64,000 nt of DNA. Source: Malacoraja senta (Eukaryota). The DNA is taken from contig CM075984.1 of NCBI GenBank assembly GCA_038087875.1, forward strand, positions 21,328,001 to 21,392,000, given 5' to 3'. The first letter of the stretch is position 1. Every line of letters begins with the position of its first letter. This document shows positions 50,225 through 62,934 of this stretch, piece after piece. The translations under genes and the position numbers were made by a program. The notes beneath the pieces are model-generated. The model was not told the origin of the DNA. It searched no databases and saw only the letters and a program-made list of their open reading frames with translations.

Positions 50225-50770
50225 GCGAGTCATACAGCACGGAAGCAGGCCCTTCAGTCCAACCTACTCACGCTGACCAACATGCCCTTTCTACACTAGT
50301 CCCACCTGCCTGCATTTGGCCCATATCCCTCTAAACCTATCCCATCCATGAATCTGTCGAAAATGTTTCTTAAATGTTGTGATAGTACCTGCCTCAACTA
50401 ACTCCTCTTGCAACTCGTTCCATATACATACCACCCTTTGAGTAGAGAGGTTGCCCTAAAGGTTGCTATTAAATCTTCTTCCCCCACCCCCTCACCTTAA
50501 ACCTATGGCCTCTGGTTCTTAATTCCCCTACTAATGGTAAAAGACTGTGCATTTATTCCTCTCATGATCATAAACACCTCTATAAGATCACCTCTCATCC
50601 TCCTGCACTCCAAGGAATAAAGTCCTAGCCTGCTCAACCTCTCCCTACAGCTCAGGCAACATCCCTGTAAACCTTCTCTGCACCCTTTCCAGCTTAAAGA
50701 CATCTTTCCAATAAGAGAGTGAGCAAGACTGAACAATAGGCTACACGTGGCCTCACCAATGTCCTGTATA
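50225..50770 (-). mobile_element. CR1 LINE 3' fragment
   Basis: RERLSRLGLYSLECRRMRGDLIEV and the conserved tail. Confidence 0.85.
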
Positions 50771-52400
50771 ACATGGATGATGTGAAGGATATACAGATTT
50801 TAGGCTGGCAAATATATGGGCTCAAGAGTTCAGCTCAAGGTCAAACGGTCTGGTTCAACTTGAAACCATCTCCAAGGCATGGGATAAAATAATGCAGAGT
50901 TTGTGGGAATGCAAGGGGCTCGCCAGCTTGTAGAACAAAGAGATGGCTGCGATGTAGGTAGGAAAGGGTGGCAAAAGTGGGCAGTGTGCTTGCATGTTGT
51001 AAGGCAAATAGACAATGGATTTGTTCTTGCCTATGTTTAAAGCAGATAAAATTGTTGTTTCTACATTTAGGATATTGGCCAAACAGTCTGAAAACAATAG
51101 CAGCCGAGGGTACGAGAGAGAAATGGATGAGAAAGATCCAGATAGAATAATAAAACCAATTAAATGCAAAACTGTCAAATTAACTAATCATGCTGCATCC
51201 CCGTTGTTCTCAATGCTTTTTCCCTCCCACGTTCCAATTTTCCAGAATGACCGTTTCCTCCATCCTTGCAGGCAGGTTTCATTCTCTGCTCAAGAAAGCT
51301 TCCCTTCACATCCTCCCGACATCTTTTACCCGTCAACTCTGAATTGCCTGAGCATTTGTTAATGGAAATAATTTCCATTTATTATTTTTAAATCCATCAT
51401 GTACTTTGACACTATCAATTTTTTTTGAAGCACGAGGGGGCATAGATAACGTGAACAGCCGTAGTCTCTTTTTACTCAGAGATGAGAGTCTAAAACCATA
51501 GGTTTAAGATGAGAACAATTTAAAAAGGACTTTTTTTTGCACAAAACATGGAAGAAGATGTAGAGGTGGGTAAATCACGATTTTTAAAACACATTTAGAT
51601 GGGTACATAGATAGGGAAGGTTAAGAGGGATACGGGCCAAACACAGGGAAATGTGTTAGCTCAGTTAGACAACTTGGTTGGGATCTACGAGTTGGACAGG
51701 CTGATTTCATTCAGTGTATGACACTATCAAACCTTCCCTCAAGCCTAGTTTGTTTTATGGCCAATCTTACCTGATCATGTGACTGTGAATCCTCATCCTT
51801 TAAACCACCCCGTGGACTTTCATAACCTTCCTCAAGCAGGGTGACCCAAATTGGTCACAATACACCAGTTATAAAACTTGATCACTTCTCTGTGATTTAT
51901 ATGAAGGGACAGCTTGTAGGAAAAGCAGGGCGAATCTAACTACAAATTCATTAGGGGATTCCAAGACCAATGATGCAAGAAGGGAAGAGCCTATTGCTGA
52001 CAAGAGGAACAATCAAATGGGAGTAACTCAGCCAAGTTCAATGAGGAAAAACAGCAGGATACAGTTGATTAAAGCAAAGGCCGATTGACAAAAACACATC
52101 TGCGACCAAGGATGTATTTTACACCTTTTTAAACACTTTTTTTTTTTCAAACTTGCCAAGGGATTGGATGCCTAACTGGAGTTGCAAAAGCAGTTTAAAA
52201 ACTCTGGGAGAAAGGAGATGGGAAATACAACAGCAATTAGTAGTAAGTTCTGAAACTTCATAAACATACATCTTGCTTCATTTTCTGCTAGCATCCTACA
52301 CATGTGTACGCCATCTTGGTAAATTAGACTACTTCAATATTCATAACAGGGTGAGGAGTTGACTTTCAGTTCCATTAATCTAATGCATAATCCATTGTTA

Positions 52401-52834
52401 AGGGCTTGTCGCATTTAGGCAATTTTTTTAGGCGACTAGGCTGTCACCACATGGTCGCCGGGGTGTCGCCTGCATGGTCGTGATTTGTCTCCTCAGTCGC
52501 TCAACGAGACGTAGCGTCTTTCTGGTCGCCGCTGGATTTTTACCATGTTGAAAAAATTTCGGAGACAGTCGGCGACAGTGGGTTTGATGCCAATGAGCGT
52601 AGCTTGAATTTTCCTGACGTAGTTGCTGCCGTAGTTGTTGCCAGATTAACGTTGGTTGTCGCCAGGTTAACGTAGATTGTTGCCGGTGCTGACTGTTTTT
52701 TTTTGTTGTTAAAGTAATGATACTATTTCAAATTTTACGTCGAAGGGGGGCCAGTCACCGGTTTTTCGGCGACCTGCTACGACTATGACAGTCGCCGGCA
52801 GTCACCTAAAAATAGCCTAAGCAGGACAGGCCCT
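52401..52834. mobile_element. PIF/Harbinger-type MITE, longer variant
   Basis: TTA TSD (52398-52400, 52835-52837); related TIR AGGGCTTGTCGCATTTAGGC / GCCTAAGCAGGACAGGCCCT; shares GTCGCCGCTGGATTTT with the short copies. Confidence 0.88.
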
Positions 52835-53057
52835 TTATACACTAATCCATCCTTAAACAAAATTGAGTTTATAATTTAAAGCATCAATTTCTTTTTCATC
52901 TTTATAGACAATAAAATCATAGATTTGATTGCTTCCTTCAAACTGCTTCAAAAAGCAGTTTGAAGGAAGTGTTTTTAAATACCAGCAGGAAATAAATTGT
53001 CCTTTATAGATGAAAGTGATACGCCATATTTAAATAAAGGCAAGTTACATCCAATTA

Positions 53058-53340
53058 AGGGCAGCACCGCGGCAGAGTTGCTACCTTACAGCACCAGAGA
53101 CCCGGGTTTGATCCTGACTGCGGGTGCTATCTGTATGGAGTTTATACGTTCTCCCTGTTACCATATGGGTTTTCTCCGGTGCTCCAGTTTCCTCCCACAC
53201 TCCAAAGATGTACAGGTTTATAGGCTAATTGATTTGTGTAAATTGTTCCTGGTGTGTAGGATTGAACTAGTGTACCAGTGATCATTGGTCGGTGCGACTC
53301 GGTGAGCCAAAGGGCCTGTATCCATGATGTCTCTCAGAAC
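53058..53340 (+). mobile_element. HE1-like SINE
   Basis: Full head, core and tail; abuts the Rex element. Confidence 0.82.
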
Positions 53341-54400
53341 TAAATCCAAGTTCCTCTGCAATTGGATCCTCGACTTCCTCACTCTCAGACCAGTCTGTTC
53401 GTATTGGTGGAAATGTGTCAGACTTGATAACAATTAGCACAGGAGCACCTCAAGGCTGCATGCTCAGCCCCCTGCTGTACTCACTCTATACTTATGACTG
53501 CGTAGCCAGACATAGTGCAAACTCCATCATCAAGTTCGCTGACGACACCACTGTTGTGGGACGTATCACTGATGGGGATGAGTCAGAGTATAGAAGAGAG
53601 ATCGAGCAACTGTCCATATGGTGCCAGCACAATAACCTGGCCCTCAACACCAGCAAAACCAAGGAACTGATTGTGGACTTTCGAAGGAGTAGGATGGGGA
53701 CCCACAGTCCCGTTTATATCAACGGGTCGATGGTTGAAAGGGTCAAGAGCTTCAAATTCCTGGGCGTGCACATCTCTGAAGATCTTTCCTGGTCCGAGAA
53801 CACTGATACCATTATTAAGAAAGCACATCAGCGCCTCTACTTCCTGAGAAGATTACGGAGAGTCGGTTTGTCAAGGAGGACTCTCTCTAACTTCTACAGG
53901 TGCACAGTAGAGAGCATGCTGACCGGTTGCATCATGGCTTGGTTCGGCAACTTGAGCGCCCTGGAGAGGAAAAGACTACAAAAAGTAGTAAACATTGCCC
54001 AGTCCATCATCGGCTCTGACCTCCCTTCCATCGAGGGGATCTCTCACAGTCGCTGCCTCAAAAAGGCTGGCAGTATCATCAAGGACCCACACCATCCTGG
54101 CCACACACTCATCTCCCTGCTACCTTCAGGTAGAAGGTACAGGAGCCTGAAGACTGCAACGACCAGGTTCAGGAATAGCTACTTCCCCACAGCCATCAGG
54201 CTATTAAACCTGGCTCGGGCATAACACTGAACTTTATTAGCCAATACTGTTATTTGCACTTTATCAGTTTATTGATTCATGTGTGTATATATTTATAGAA
54301 TGCCTTGTAGTCAATGCCTACTATGTTCTGTTGTGCTGAAGCAAAGCAAGAATTTCATTGTCCTATCAGAGACACATGACAATAAACTCACTTGACTTGA
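53340..54400 (+). mobile_element. Rex1/Babar-clade LINE, 5'-truncated, RT C-terminal ORF open
   Basis: ORF 53415-54224 with GAPQGCMLSPLLYSLYT, KFADDT, NTSKTKELIVDFR, FKFLG, KKAHQRLYFLRRL and LLPSGRRYRS; 3' ATGACAATAAA and (CTTGA)n tail. Confidence 0.92.
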
Positions 54401-54729
54401 AGTTCAGCTAACTCCAATAAAATGGCAATTAGAACCTAGGACGATAGCACAGGAACACACCTTTAGGTCCACATTGTCTGTGCTGAATTTGATGCCAAGA
54501 TCAACTCCCAGAATAAACCAATCCAGCAATGAAACGTGTAGGAAGGAACTGCAGATGCTGGTTTACACCAACGATAGTAAACTAGCAATGAACTGCTTTT
54601 TCATCTGTGGAACTCTGGGGCAAGTTGCTGTTTTTTGGGGTAGGAGGAAATTGAGAGATTTGTTCTCCAGGTCCTCTCCACTCCAACCACTACAAGCCAA
54701 CCACTCCACCCACTCTATCCATGAGCAGT

Positions 54730-55010
54730 TTATTTTCATTTATTGTCATATGCACCGAGATAGAGTGAAACGTTTTTTTGTGGTGTGCTATCCAGTCAGC
54801 AGAAAGATTATACACGATTATAATCAAGCCATCCACAATGTACAGATGCCAGATAAAGGGAACATATAGTGCAAGATAAAGTCCAGTAAAGTCCAAATAA
54901 AAATAGCCTGAGGGTCTCCAAGGTAGATGGTAGGTCAGGACCGCTCTCTAGTTGTTGATAGGATGGTTCAATTGCCTGATGACAGCTGGGAAGAAACTGT
55001 CCCTGAATCT
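54730..55010 (-). mobile_element. Rex-type LINE 3' tail fragment
   Basis: Plus-strand TTTATTGTCATATGCAC and GATGGTTCAATTGCCTGATGACAGCTGGGAAGAAACTG are the reverse complement of a Rex 3' end; similar pieces occur near 13690-13990 and 20270-20510. Confidence 0.65.
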
Positions 55011-56240
55011 GGCGCAGTCAGACATAGCTGAACTATCTTCTTCAGCAGCAAAAAAACGTTCAGGTCTTGGTGTAAAGGGCTTAATCAAGACAAATAAAAT
55101 TAGTTTGGTTTCCCTTCAGGAAGCTTTTCCTGAAGGGAAACCACAAAAAATATAATATTCTAGCTCCAACAGTGAAGCAGGTTTCCAGAGCAACAAGCAC
55201 AGATAATGTGGACACAACGTTTGACCCTCTTGACCTCATGTTCCAAAATATTGCACAAACTCATTGCAGTTGACACATTTCAGTTTCCAACCATAGGAAC
55301 TACCATATGGAATGCATATTTAGACAAAGCAATGCTATAATAACCTTAGATAAATTACATAAATAGGTGATCGCATTCATGTTCCACAGGGGAAGCAAGG
55401 TTAAATTCCAGTATTATTGAACATCAATATTACATTATCAATAGTCCATCATTCAGACAACCAGTTAAGTGTCATCTATGTTTCTGAATTGGTAAAAAGA
55501 AATACTGCCCAACTGCTCTGGAAAAAATATTTTAATGGACAAATGGTAACATATGGTTAATCTCTAATTAATTTATGGAGCAAAATTATGGGCAAAATCC
55601 TATTTGTCCAGATCACAACAGTAGTCAATGAACCCATAACAATGTGGAACATGTCTAAATTTGGCATGGACAAAGTGGACCAAAGGGGGCGATTCCATTC
55701 TGCACTGCTCTGTGGCACAAGAGACTATATAAATGCAAATTATTCTATGCTGCGTGCCATATGCCCACAACATTGCAAGAAATTCAGTTCATCCACAAAT
55801 GGCTCCCTTCAAACAAACACACACAAAACTTCAAGTTTCCAGTGCAGCATTCCATACTACTCTTGGAATGTCACTAACTAACCCAAAATAAAAGACTAAT
55901 CGTCACATACAGAACACCCCAAGAAACACATCATCAGCACAACACATTGACCATAGGTAATCCCAGAAATACATTATCTCGGTCATAAACAACCCATGAC
56001 ATCTCTTCACCCGACGCACCATATACACACCAAACAAATGGCGTGTACAATGATCAAAAATCCAACTGGAATTTACCGATTTATCTCCAAATATTTATTA
56101 TAAATTAGCTGCGTGATTGCATTAACAGGTGGCAGTGCTGATGCAATTAAGAAATTCATTGCATCAGCAGTTGTTGGTTCCTATGACAAACACTCTTGAC
56201 AATGATAAGGGTAGTAAATAAGTGCATTGGCAGACAACGG

Positions 56241-56242
<2 letters not shown>

Positions 56243-56272
<30 letters not shown>
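56243..56272. repeat. (GA)n microsatellite
   Basis: About 14 GA units. Confidence 0.95.
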
Positions 56273-56275
<3 letters not shown>

Positions 56276-56579
56276 AGTGAAGGAATACACATGCATGTCT
56301 ATCAGAAATTATTGCTTTCTTTCTAATGGCCAGAACACGTGCAGGGGCTGAAGCCCAGTGTACAGACATCACGGTCCCCCAGAGATGCTGGTCACAATTA
56401 AACTCAGCAGCGCAGGAGGGTGAGGAGGGGCAACAGGTACAAAATTAGATCTTTAGAGTCATAGAGTAATACAATGTGGAAACAGGCCCAACTTGCCCAC
56501 ATCAGCCAACAATGTCCCACTTGGCTGCGCTTGGTCCATATACACTCCCCCTACACCGTCCTCCCACTCCCTTCTCACC

Positions 56580-57190
56580 CACCTCCCCTCTCCCCCCCCC
56601 TACACCCTCCTCTCCCCCCCCCCACACCCTCCTCTCCCCCCCCCCACACACCCTCCTCTCCCCCCCACACACCCTCCTCTCCCCCCACACACCCTCCTCT
56701 CCCCCCACACACCCTCCTCTCTCTCCCCCCCCCCCACACACTCCTCTCTCCCCCCCACACACCCTCCTCTCTCCCCCCCCCACACACCCTCCTCTCTCCC
56801 CCCCCCACACACCCTCCTCTCCCCCCCCCACACACCCTCCTCTCCCCCCCCACACACCCTCCTCTCTCCCCCCCCCACACCCTCCTCTCTCTCCCCCCCC
56901 ACACACCCTCCTCTCCCCCCCCACACACCCTCCTCTCTCCCCCCACACACCCTCCTCTCCCCCCCCCACACACCCTCCTCTCCCCCTCCCACACACCCTC
57001 CTCTCTCCCCCCCTCTCTCCCCCTAGACCCCCTCCACCCCCCCCCCAACACCCTCCTCTCCCACTCCCCCTACACCCACCTCTGTCCCCCTAGACCCCGC
57101 CACCCACCTCTGCCCCCCTAGACCCCCGCCACTCTCCTCTCCCACTCCCCCTACACCCACCTCTGTCCCCCTAGACCCCCGCCACCCTCC
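56580..57190. repeat. C-rich minisatellite, unit (C)6-12 ACACACCCTCCTCT, plus an approximately 85-bp duplication
   Basis: About 15-17 units at 56580-57010; CTCCTCTCCCACTCCCCCTACACCCACCTCTGTCCCCCTAGACCCC repeated at about 57053 and 57135. Confidence 0.92.
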
Positions 57191-57680
57191 TCACCCGCTG
57201 CTCCCGACACAACCGCCCGCAGCCCAAGAGCCGAACGAGGCGTCGCTACGCCGGAAATACACGGCACCCTCCGCCCACACAACGGTTCTCTCCCCCCACT
57301 CTCTCCCCCCACTCTCTCCCTCTCTCAATCACCTCTCTCCTTTCCAGACGACTTCTTGTACGGCTGTGAGCGTGGGCGCTGACCTGTAGACTGAGTGCGG
57401 GCGGGGGTGTGACTGGACTGGGACGGGGGGAGGTGGAGGCGCCGCCAGCGACGTTGCCCAGCGCCGGCCGCCCCTTCACCCCGCGCCGCCCCCTGACTCC
57501 TGACCCCGCGCCGCGAGGGCCCGCCCACTCGTCACCTCCGGGCAAGATGGCGCTGTCCACGCCGCTGCTGGCAGGTCGGTGGCTGCTGCTGAGCGGCCCG
57601 GTTCATGGCGCTCCGCCGCTCTAACCCGTGCTCCCGCGTGTGTGTCGCGTTGTCCACAGCCCGGCGATTGCTGAAGATGA
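57170..57680. promoter_or_regulatory. CpG island, bidirectional SERP1/EIF2A promoter
   Basis: The only strongly CpG-rich non-repeat segment of the window; ETS core CCGGAAAT at 57251, CRE/ETS-like CGTCACCTCCGG at about 57530, YY1 motif AAGATGGCG over the EIF2A ATG, GC boxes. Confidence 0.85.
57547..57574 (+). CDS. EIF2A: Eukaryotic translation initiation factor 2A, first coding exon (28 nt, MALSTPLLA)
   Basis: Kozak aagATGG in a CpG island; peptide matches the recalled EIF2A N-terminus MAPSTPLLT; phase-1 donor CAG|GTCGGT; head-to-head with SERP1 as in mammals. Exon 2 was not found in the window. Confidence 0.85.
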
Positions 57681-57799
57681 GGCATTTCAAAGGATGTATT
57701 ATCTAAATATGGGTGTGAGAGGGAGAGATGAAAATCTCATGATAGTTGGTGAATCCTGATGGAAAACCGGGGTCCTCCGGGTGGGCTGGAGGGTCGTCT

Positions 57800-58266
57800 A
57801 TTTAAGGAGTATCTGTTTGTTTGAGGATTGTCCGTTCATTTAAAGCTTACCTGTTTATTTGAGAAGGATTATCTGTTTATTTGAAGAGGTTTGCCCGTTC
57901 ATTTGAGGGGCTTGTATGATCATTTGAGGATTGTCTGTTTATTAGAGGAAGGTTGTCTGTTGAAGGATTATGTGTTTATTTGGAGAGGATGAACTGTTTA
58001 TTTGGGGAGGATCATCTGTTTATTCGGAGAGGATCATCTGTTTATCATCTTTATATTTGGGGAGATATCTGTTTATTTGGAGAGGGTAACCTGTTTATTT
58101 GGAGTGGGTAACCTGTATATTTGGAGAGGATTATCATTTTTTTGTGCAGAGTAATCTGTTTAATGGAGAGGTTTATCTGTTTATTCTGAGAAAATTACCC
58201 ATTTATTTGGGGAGGATTATCCATTTATGTGAGGGTTGTCTGTTTATTTGGGGAAGATTATCCATT
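57800..58266. repeat. Degenerate ~22-bp tandem repeat in EIF2A intron 1
   Basis: About 20 units resembling GGAGAGGATTATCTGTTTATTT. Confidence 0.85.
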
Positions 58267-58269
58267 TAA

Positions 58270-60350
58270 ACTGAAGTAACTCAGCGGGACAGGCAGCATC
58301 TTAGGAGAGAAGGAATGGGTGTTGCTTTGGGTCAAGACCCATCTTCAGACTGAAAGGAAAGGGAAATGAGAGATATGGACGATGATGTGGAGAGATAAAT
58401 GAATGAAAGATGCAAAAAAGTAACGATGATAATGGAAACAGGCCATTATTAGCTGTTTGTTGGGTGAAAACAAGAAGCTGGTGCGACTTGGGTGGGGGAG
58501 GGATAGAGAGACAGGGAATGCCGGGGTTACTTGAAGTTAGAGAAATCAATACTCAAACCACTGGGCTGTAAGCTGCCCAAGCGAAATATGAGATGCTGTT
58601 CCTCTAATTTGTATTTAGCCTCATTCTGACAATGTGGAAACCTAGGACCGAAAGGTCAGTGTGGGAATGGGAAGAGAATGAAAGTGTTTAGCAACGAGGT
58701 TCAGGCAGACTGAGCGAAGGTGTTCAGCGAAACGATCGACAAGTCTACGTTTGGTCTCGCCAATGTATAAGAATCCACATCTTGAACAATGGATACAGTA
58801 GATGAGATTGGAGGAGATGCAAGTGAACTTCTGCCTGACCTGAAAGGACCGTCGGGGTCCCTGGACAGAGTCGAGGGAGGAGGTGTAGGGACAGGTGTTG
58901 CATCTTCTGTGGTTGCAGGGGAAGGTACCTGGGGATGGGGTGATTTGAGTTGGAAGGGATGAGTTAACTAGGGAGTTGCGGAAGAAGCCATCTCTGCAGA
59001 AAGGTGTGGGGATGGGAAGATATGACAAATGGTGGGATCCTGTTGGAGGTGGCGAAAATGTTGGAGGATTATGTGTTGAATGCGATGACTGATGAGATGA
59101 AAGGTAAGGACTAGGGGACTCTATATCTGTTGCGATTAGGGGAAGGTGGAGCAAGGGTGGAGGTGCGGTGTACCGAGGAGACACGAGTGAGGGCCTCATC
59201 TATAATGGGAGAGGGGAACCCCCTCTAAAGAACGTGGACATCTCGGATGTCCTGGTATGGAACACCTCATCTTGGCTGCAGATGCGGTGTAGGCGGAGGA
59301 ATTAGAAGTAGGGGGATAGAGTCTTTGCAGGAAGCAGGGTGGGAAGAAGTGTAGTTGAGATAGTTGTGGGAGTCAGTGGGTTTGTAATAGATGTCAGTCG
59401 ATACTGAAGAAAGGGGAGTGCAGGATGGAAATTGATGGTGAAGTTGATGAAGTCCATGAGTTCCGCATGGGTGCACGAGGTAGCACCGATGCAGTCGTCA
59501 ATATAACGGAGATAGAGTTCAGGGATAGGGCCAGTGTATGCCTGGAACAGAGATTGTTCAACATGCCCTACAAAGAGGCAGGCATAGCTGGGGCCCATGT
59601 GGGTGCTCACAGCTACGCCTTGGACTTGGAGGAAGTGGGAGGAGTCAAAGGAGAATTTGTTAAGGGTGTTTAAGGCGGAGTAGAGTGTTAGTAGAGGCAA
59701 ATTGGATGGTTCTGCAGTCGAGGAAGAAACGGAGGGCTTTAAGGCCTTCCTGGTGGGGGATGGAGTTGTGGAGTGACTGAACGTCCATAGTAAAGGTTAG
59801 GGGTGGGGTTTCGGAAAGCTGAAGGCATTAAAAAGACGAGGGGGATGTGAGGTATCTTGGACATAGGTCGGGAGAGATTGGACCGGGGGAGATAGGATGG
59901 ATAGGATAGATACGTGGAAATCATTTCAGTGGGATAGGAGCAGGCAGAAACAATGGGTCTGCCAGGGCAGTTGTGTTTATGGATTTTGGGGCGAAGGTAC
60001 ATCCGGGCTGTGCGGGGGCTGGGAAACGATAAGGTTGGAGGCTGTGGAAGGCAGACGGCCTGAAATGATAAAATCTGAAGTGGTCTGAGTGATTATGGCC
60101 TGGTGCTCATCTGCGGGATCATGGTCCAAGGATAGGTAGGAGAATGTGTCCGTGAGCTGGCGCCTGGCCTCAGTGTGGTAGAGGTCAGCTCGCCAGACTA
60201 CCTCATCTCGGTGGGTTTGATGATAATGTTTGGGTTGCTCCAGAGAGAGCGGAGGGCTGTATGTTCAGAGGGGGTGAGGTTAGAGTAGGTAAAGGGAGTG
60301 GAAAAGTTGAGATGGTTGATGTCATGCCGGCAGTTAGAAATAAAAAGGTG
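58270..60350 (-). mobile_element. Penelope-like element (RT plus GIY-YIG endonuclease), frameshifted, with terminal repeat
   Basis: Fragments [52 protein letters not shown] and NLIYCIHCSRCGFLYIGETKRRL..RFAEH. Confidence 0.92.
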
Positions 60351-60597
60351 GCTTGGGTTTGATGTGTTGGGTTAGAAATACAAAGGTGGGGTTGATGTCT
60401 TGGGTTAGCAATAAAAAGGTGGCTTTGATTGCTTGGGTTCTGACTAATTTTATTTTTCCAATTTTCATTTGCTTCTATTGATAGGTGTGAAAATTTGCTT
60501 CACAGAATAATAGCTCAATTTGGCCAAGTTATGTATCTTTTAGTTTTAGAAAGTAAATAATGTTTTGATAACTGGATTATATTTTATTCTTAAATTA

Positions 60598-61020
60598 TTA
60601 TTATTTTTTTAATATACACCATGCTTTTGTTCAAGCAAACAAACAAACATACATACTATCATGACCAAAGACTGCCTATATTGGGCAGCTTACAAAACAA
60701 TAGTCATCAAATTACAATATAGATCAACTTCACCAACAATACACATAACCCCCTGCGGCGACCAGCGTTCACAGAAGGCCTCCAGAGTCCCCGTGGCACC
60801 GCATGTTCCCTATCCAGGGACACGCGGGCACCGTCGTAGGCCTGGTAAAGGGGCAGGCAGCCGACTCCAGTGTGGCCGTCGACTACGCACTGCTTGGACC
60901 CGCGAATGACCATCATGGCCAGGCCCAGGAGCAAACCGACAGGGAGACCCCCCCCCCCTCCCTCCCGACCCTTCCCCCCTCTGTACCGGGTGACCAAATA
61001 TCAGGAGCGTGGGGGTATTT
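60598..61020 (-). mobile_element. Tx1/L1-clade LINE 3' end
   Basis: Minus-strand PTLLIFGHPV..., VGLLLGLA..., CLPLY.AY..ARVSLDREHA resembles the Tx1 ORF2 C-terminus; A-rich tail near 60600. Confidence 0.65.
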
Positions 61021-61104
61021 TGTTCTTGGCTGTGACTAAGTGGAAGCATTCCCAGGTAATGTAGAGTGCAGCCTTTGAAAACATCAAGTCACACATTTTT
61101 TTTA

Positions 61105-61900
61105 GTCGTCACATTTATTTAAATAGCACATTTAAAAAACAACTCTCGTTGGCCAAAGTGCTTTACATTTGTTATAAGAATAATATAAACAAACAAACTA
61201 CATACATATATACATATAGCCCTCGCTCAGAGGACGTCAAGAAAGGCTTGGGAGTATAGATACGTTTTTAGTCTTGACTTAAAGGAGTCGATGGAGGGGG
61301 CAGTTCTGATGGGAATGGGGATGCTGTTCCACAGACTAGGAGCTGCAACCGCAAAGGCGCGATTGCCCCTGAGCTTATGCCGAGACCGCGGGATATTCAG
61401 CAACCCCAAGTCGGCTGATCTGAGGGACCTGGAGGTGGAGTGGTGGGTGAGAAGACTTTTAATGTAGGTGGGGGCAAGCCCATTGAGGGCTTTGTAGACA
61501 TAGAGGAGGATCTTGAAATGTATACGGAACCGCACAGGGAGCCAGTGGAGAGAGGCCAGGATCGGGGTGATGTGGTCCCTTTTTCGGGTGCCCGTCAGGA
61601 GTCTCGCTGCGGCGTTTTGGACCAGTTGCAGGCGGGACAGGGACGATTGGCTGATGCCAGTGTAAAGGGAGTATCTTGTATCTTGTATCTTGTAATCTAG
61701 GCGGGAGGAGATAAATGTGTGGATGATCTTTTCGAGGTCATCAAAGTGTAGGAATTGTTTTATTTTAGCTATCGTCCGAAGCTGAAAGAAGCTAGCTTTT
61801 ACCACGGCATTGACTTGTTTGTCAAATTTCAGTGCTGAGTCAAATATCACGCCAAGGTTTTTGACATGAGGTTTGAGTAGTGGGGTAAGGCTTCCAGGTG
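61105..61900 (-). mobile_element. L2-clade LINE 3' part
   Basis: ORF 61227-61850 with SRLDY, LQLVQNAAARLL, HITPILASLHWLPV, RAFAVAAPSLWN and FKSRLKTYL; L2 tail TGTAAAGCACTTTG...GTGCTATTTAAATAAA. Confidence 0.92.
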
Positions 61901-62449
61901 CATAATGCAGGCAACGTGTGGAGTCAAGATGCTGTACAAAATAGCAAAGACTGGGAATTAGGAACCCAGATATTCATGTATCACCGTACGAACGTTTCAT
62001 CCATCATGTACGAACCTATGTACATTAGTTTGTCATCCATATACATTCATGGATGATAAGTAGCTATACTGATTGCATTGGAAGGCATGATGGGCTATTC
62101 AACGTTTCAACGCTACTTTATTGTCACATGAATCTACGACCAGTAAATTTATTTTGCATACAATACAGTTCAGTGGCAATCCCACTCTACATTAGGCACA
62201 ATCATACTAAGTATAAGAGTGTAAAATAGTAGACCACACTGTGCCTGCACACAAGTCGCCACATTTTAGGTGCCATCTTGTATTTCATTCTATCTCATTC
62301 CAATGGGAATTTCTTCCTGGATCTCTTCCCTGTTATTTATAAAATCTGTTTAAAACCGCAGTGTTTAGATACACAAGAAAACGGGAGCAGGATTAGACCA
62401 CCTGGTTGCTTGAGTCTAATGGGATGAAAGATCCCCCACAAACCTCAAC

Positions 62450-62915
62450 ATCAAGCATGTTGTCCTTTACTGCAATGGGATCTCCCCATCAATCACATCT
62501 CCACATCTTCCCTTCTTCTTTCTCCCCCGTCTTTCTGTTATCTGTAGGACCACTCTCACCATGACTCCGTGAGCTGCTTACCCCTTTCTACCCACCTCTC
62601 CCCTTCTGTCCCCAGCACTTTCTCCTGCAACCATTATTCATGCAACCATTGTACCTGCAACTCCTCCCTCGCCGTCATCCAGGGACCCGACAGCCCTTTC
62701 CAGTGAGGCAGAGATTCATGTGCCCCTTCTCCAACCTCATAATCATGCTCTTGATGTAGTCTCCTCTACATCAGTGCTATCAAGATGGGTGATTGTTTTC
62801 CGGTGACAACAGGCTAAGTATTTTGCGGAGCACATGTGCTCTGTCCACAACGGCCATCTTCTGCTTGTGTCATTTCAACTTCCCTTCCCTTCCCCATTCC
62901 CACACTCACCTGTCC
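62450..62915 (+). mobile_element. Decayed Penelope fragment
   Basis: Similar to the reverse complement of 58640-59000 (CATCCAGGGACCC..TTTCCAGTGAGGCAGAGATTCA). Confidence 0.65.
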
Positions 62916-62934
62916 CACCCGCCCCTGCCTTTTG

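Noticed and set aside
56474-57121. Pro/His-rich and Gly/Glu-rich ORFs of 130-215 aa on both strands
   Set aside because: Artefacts of a stop-free C-rich minisatellite; open in all frames.
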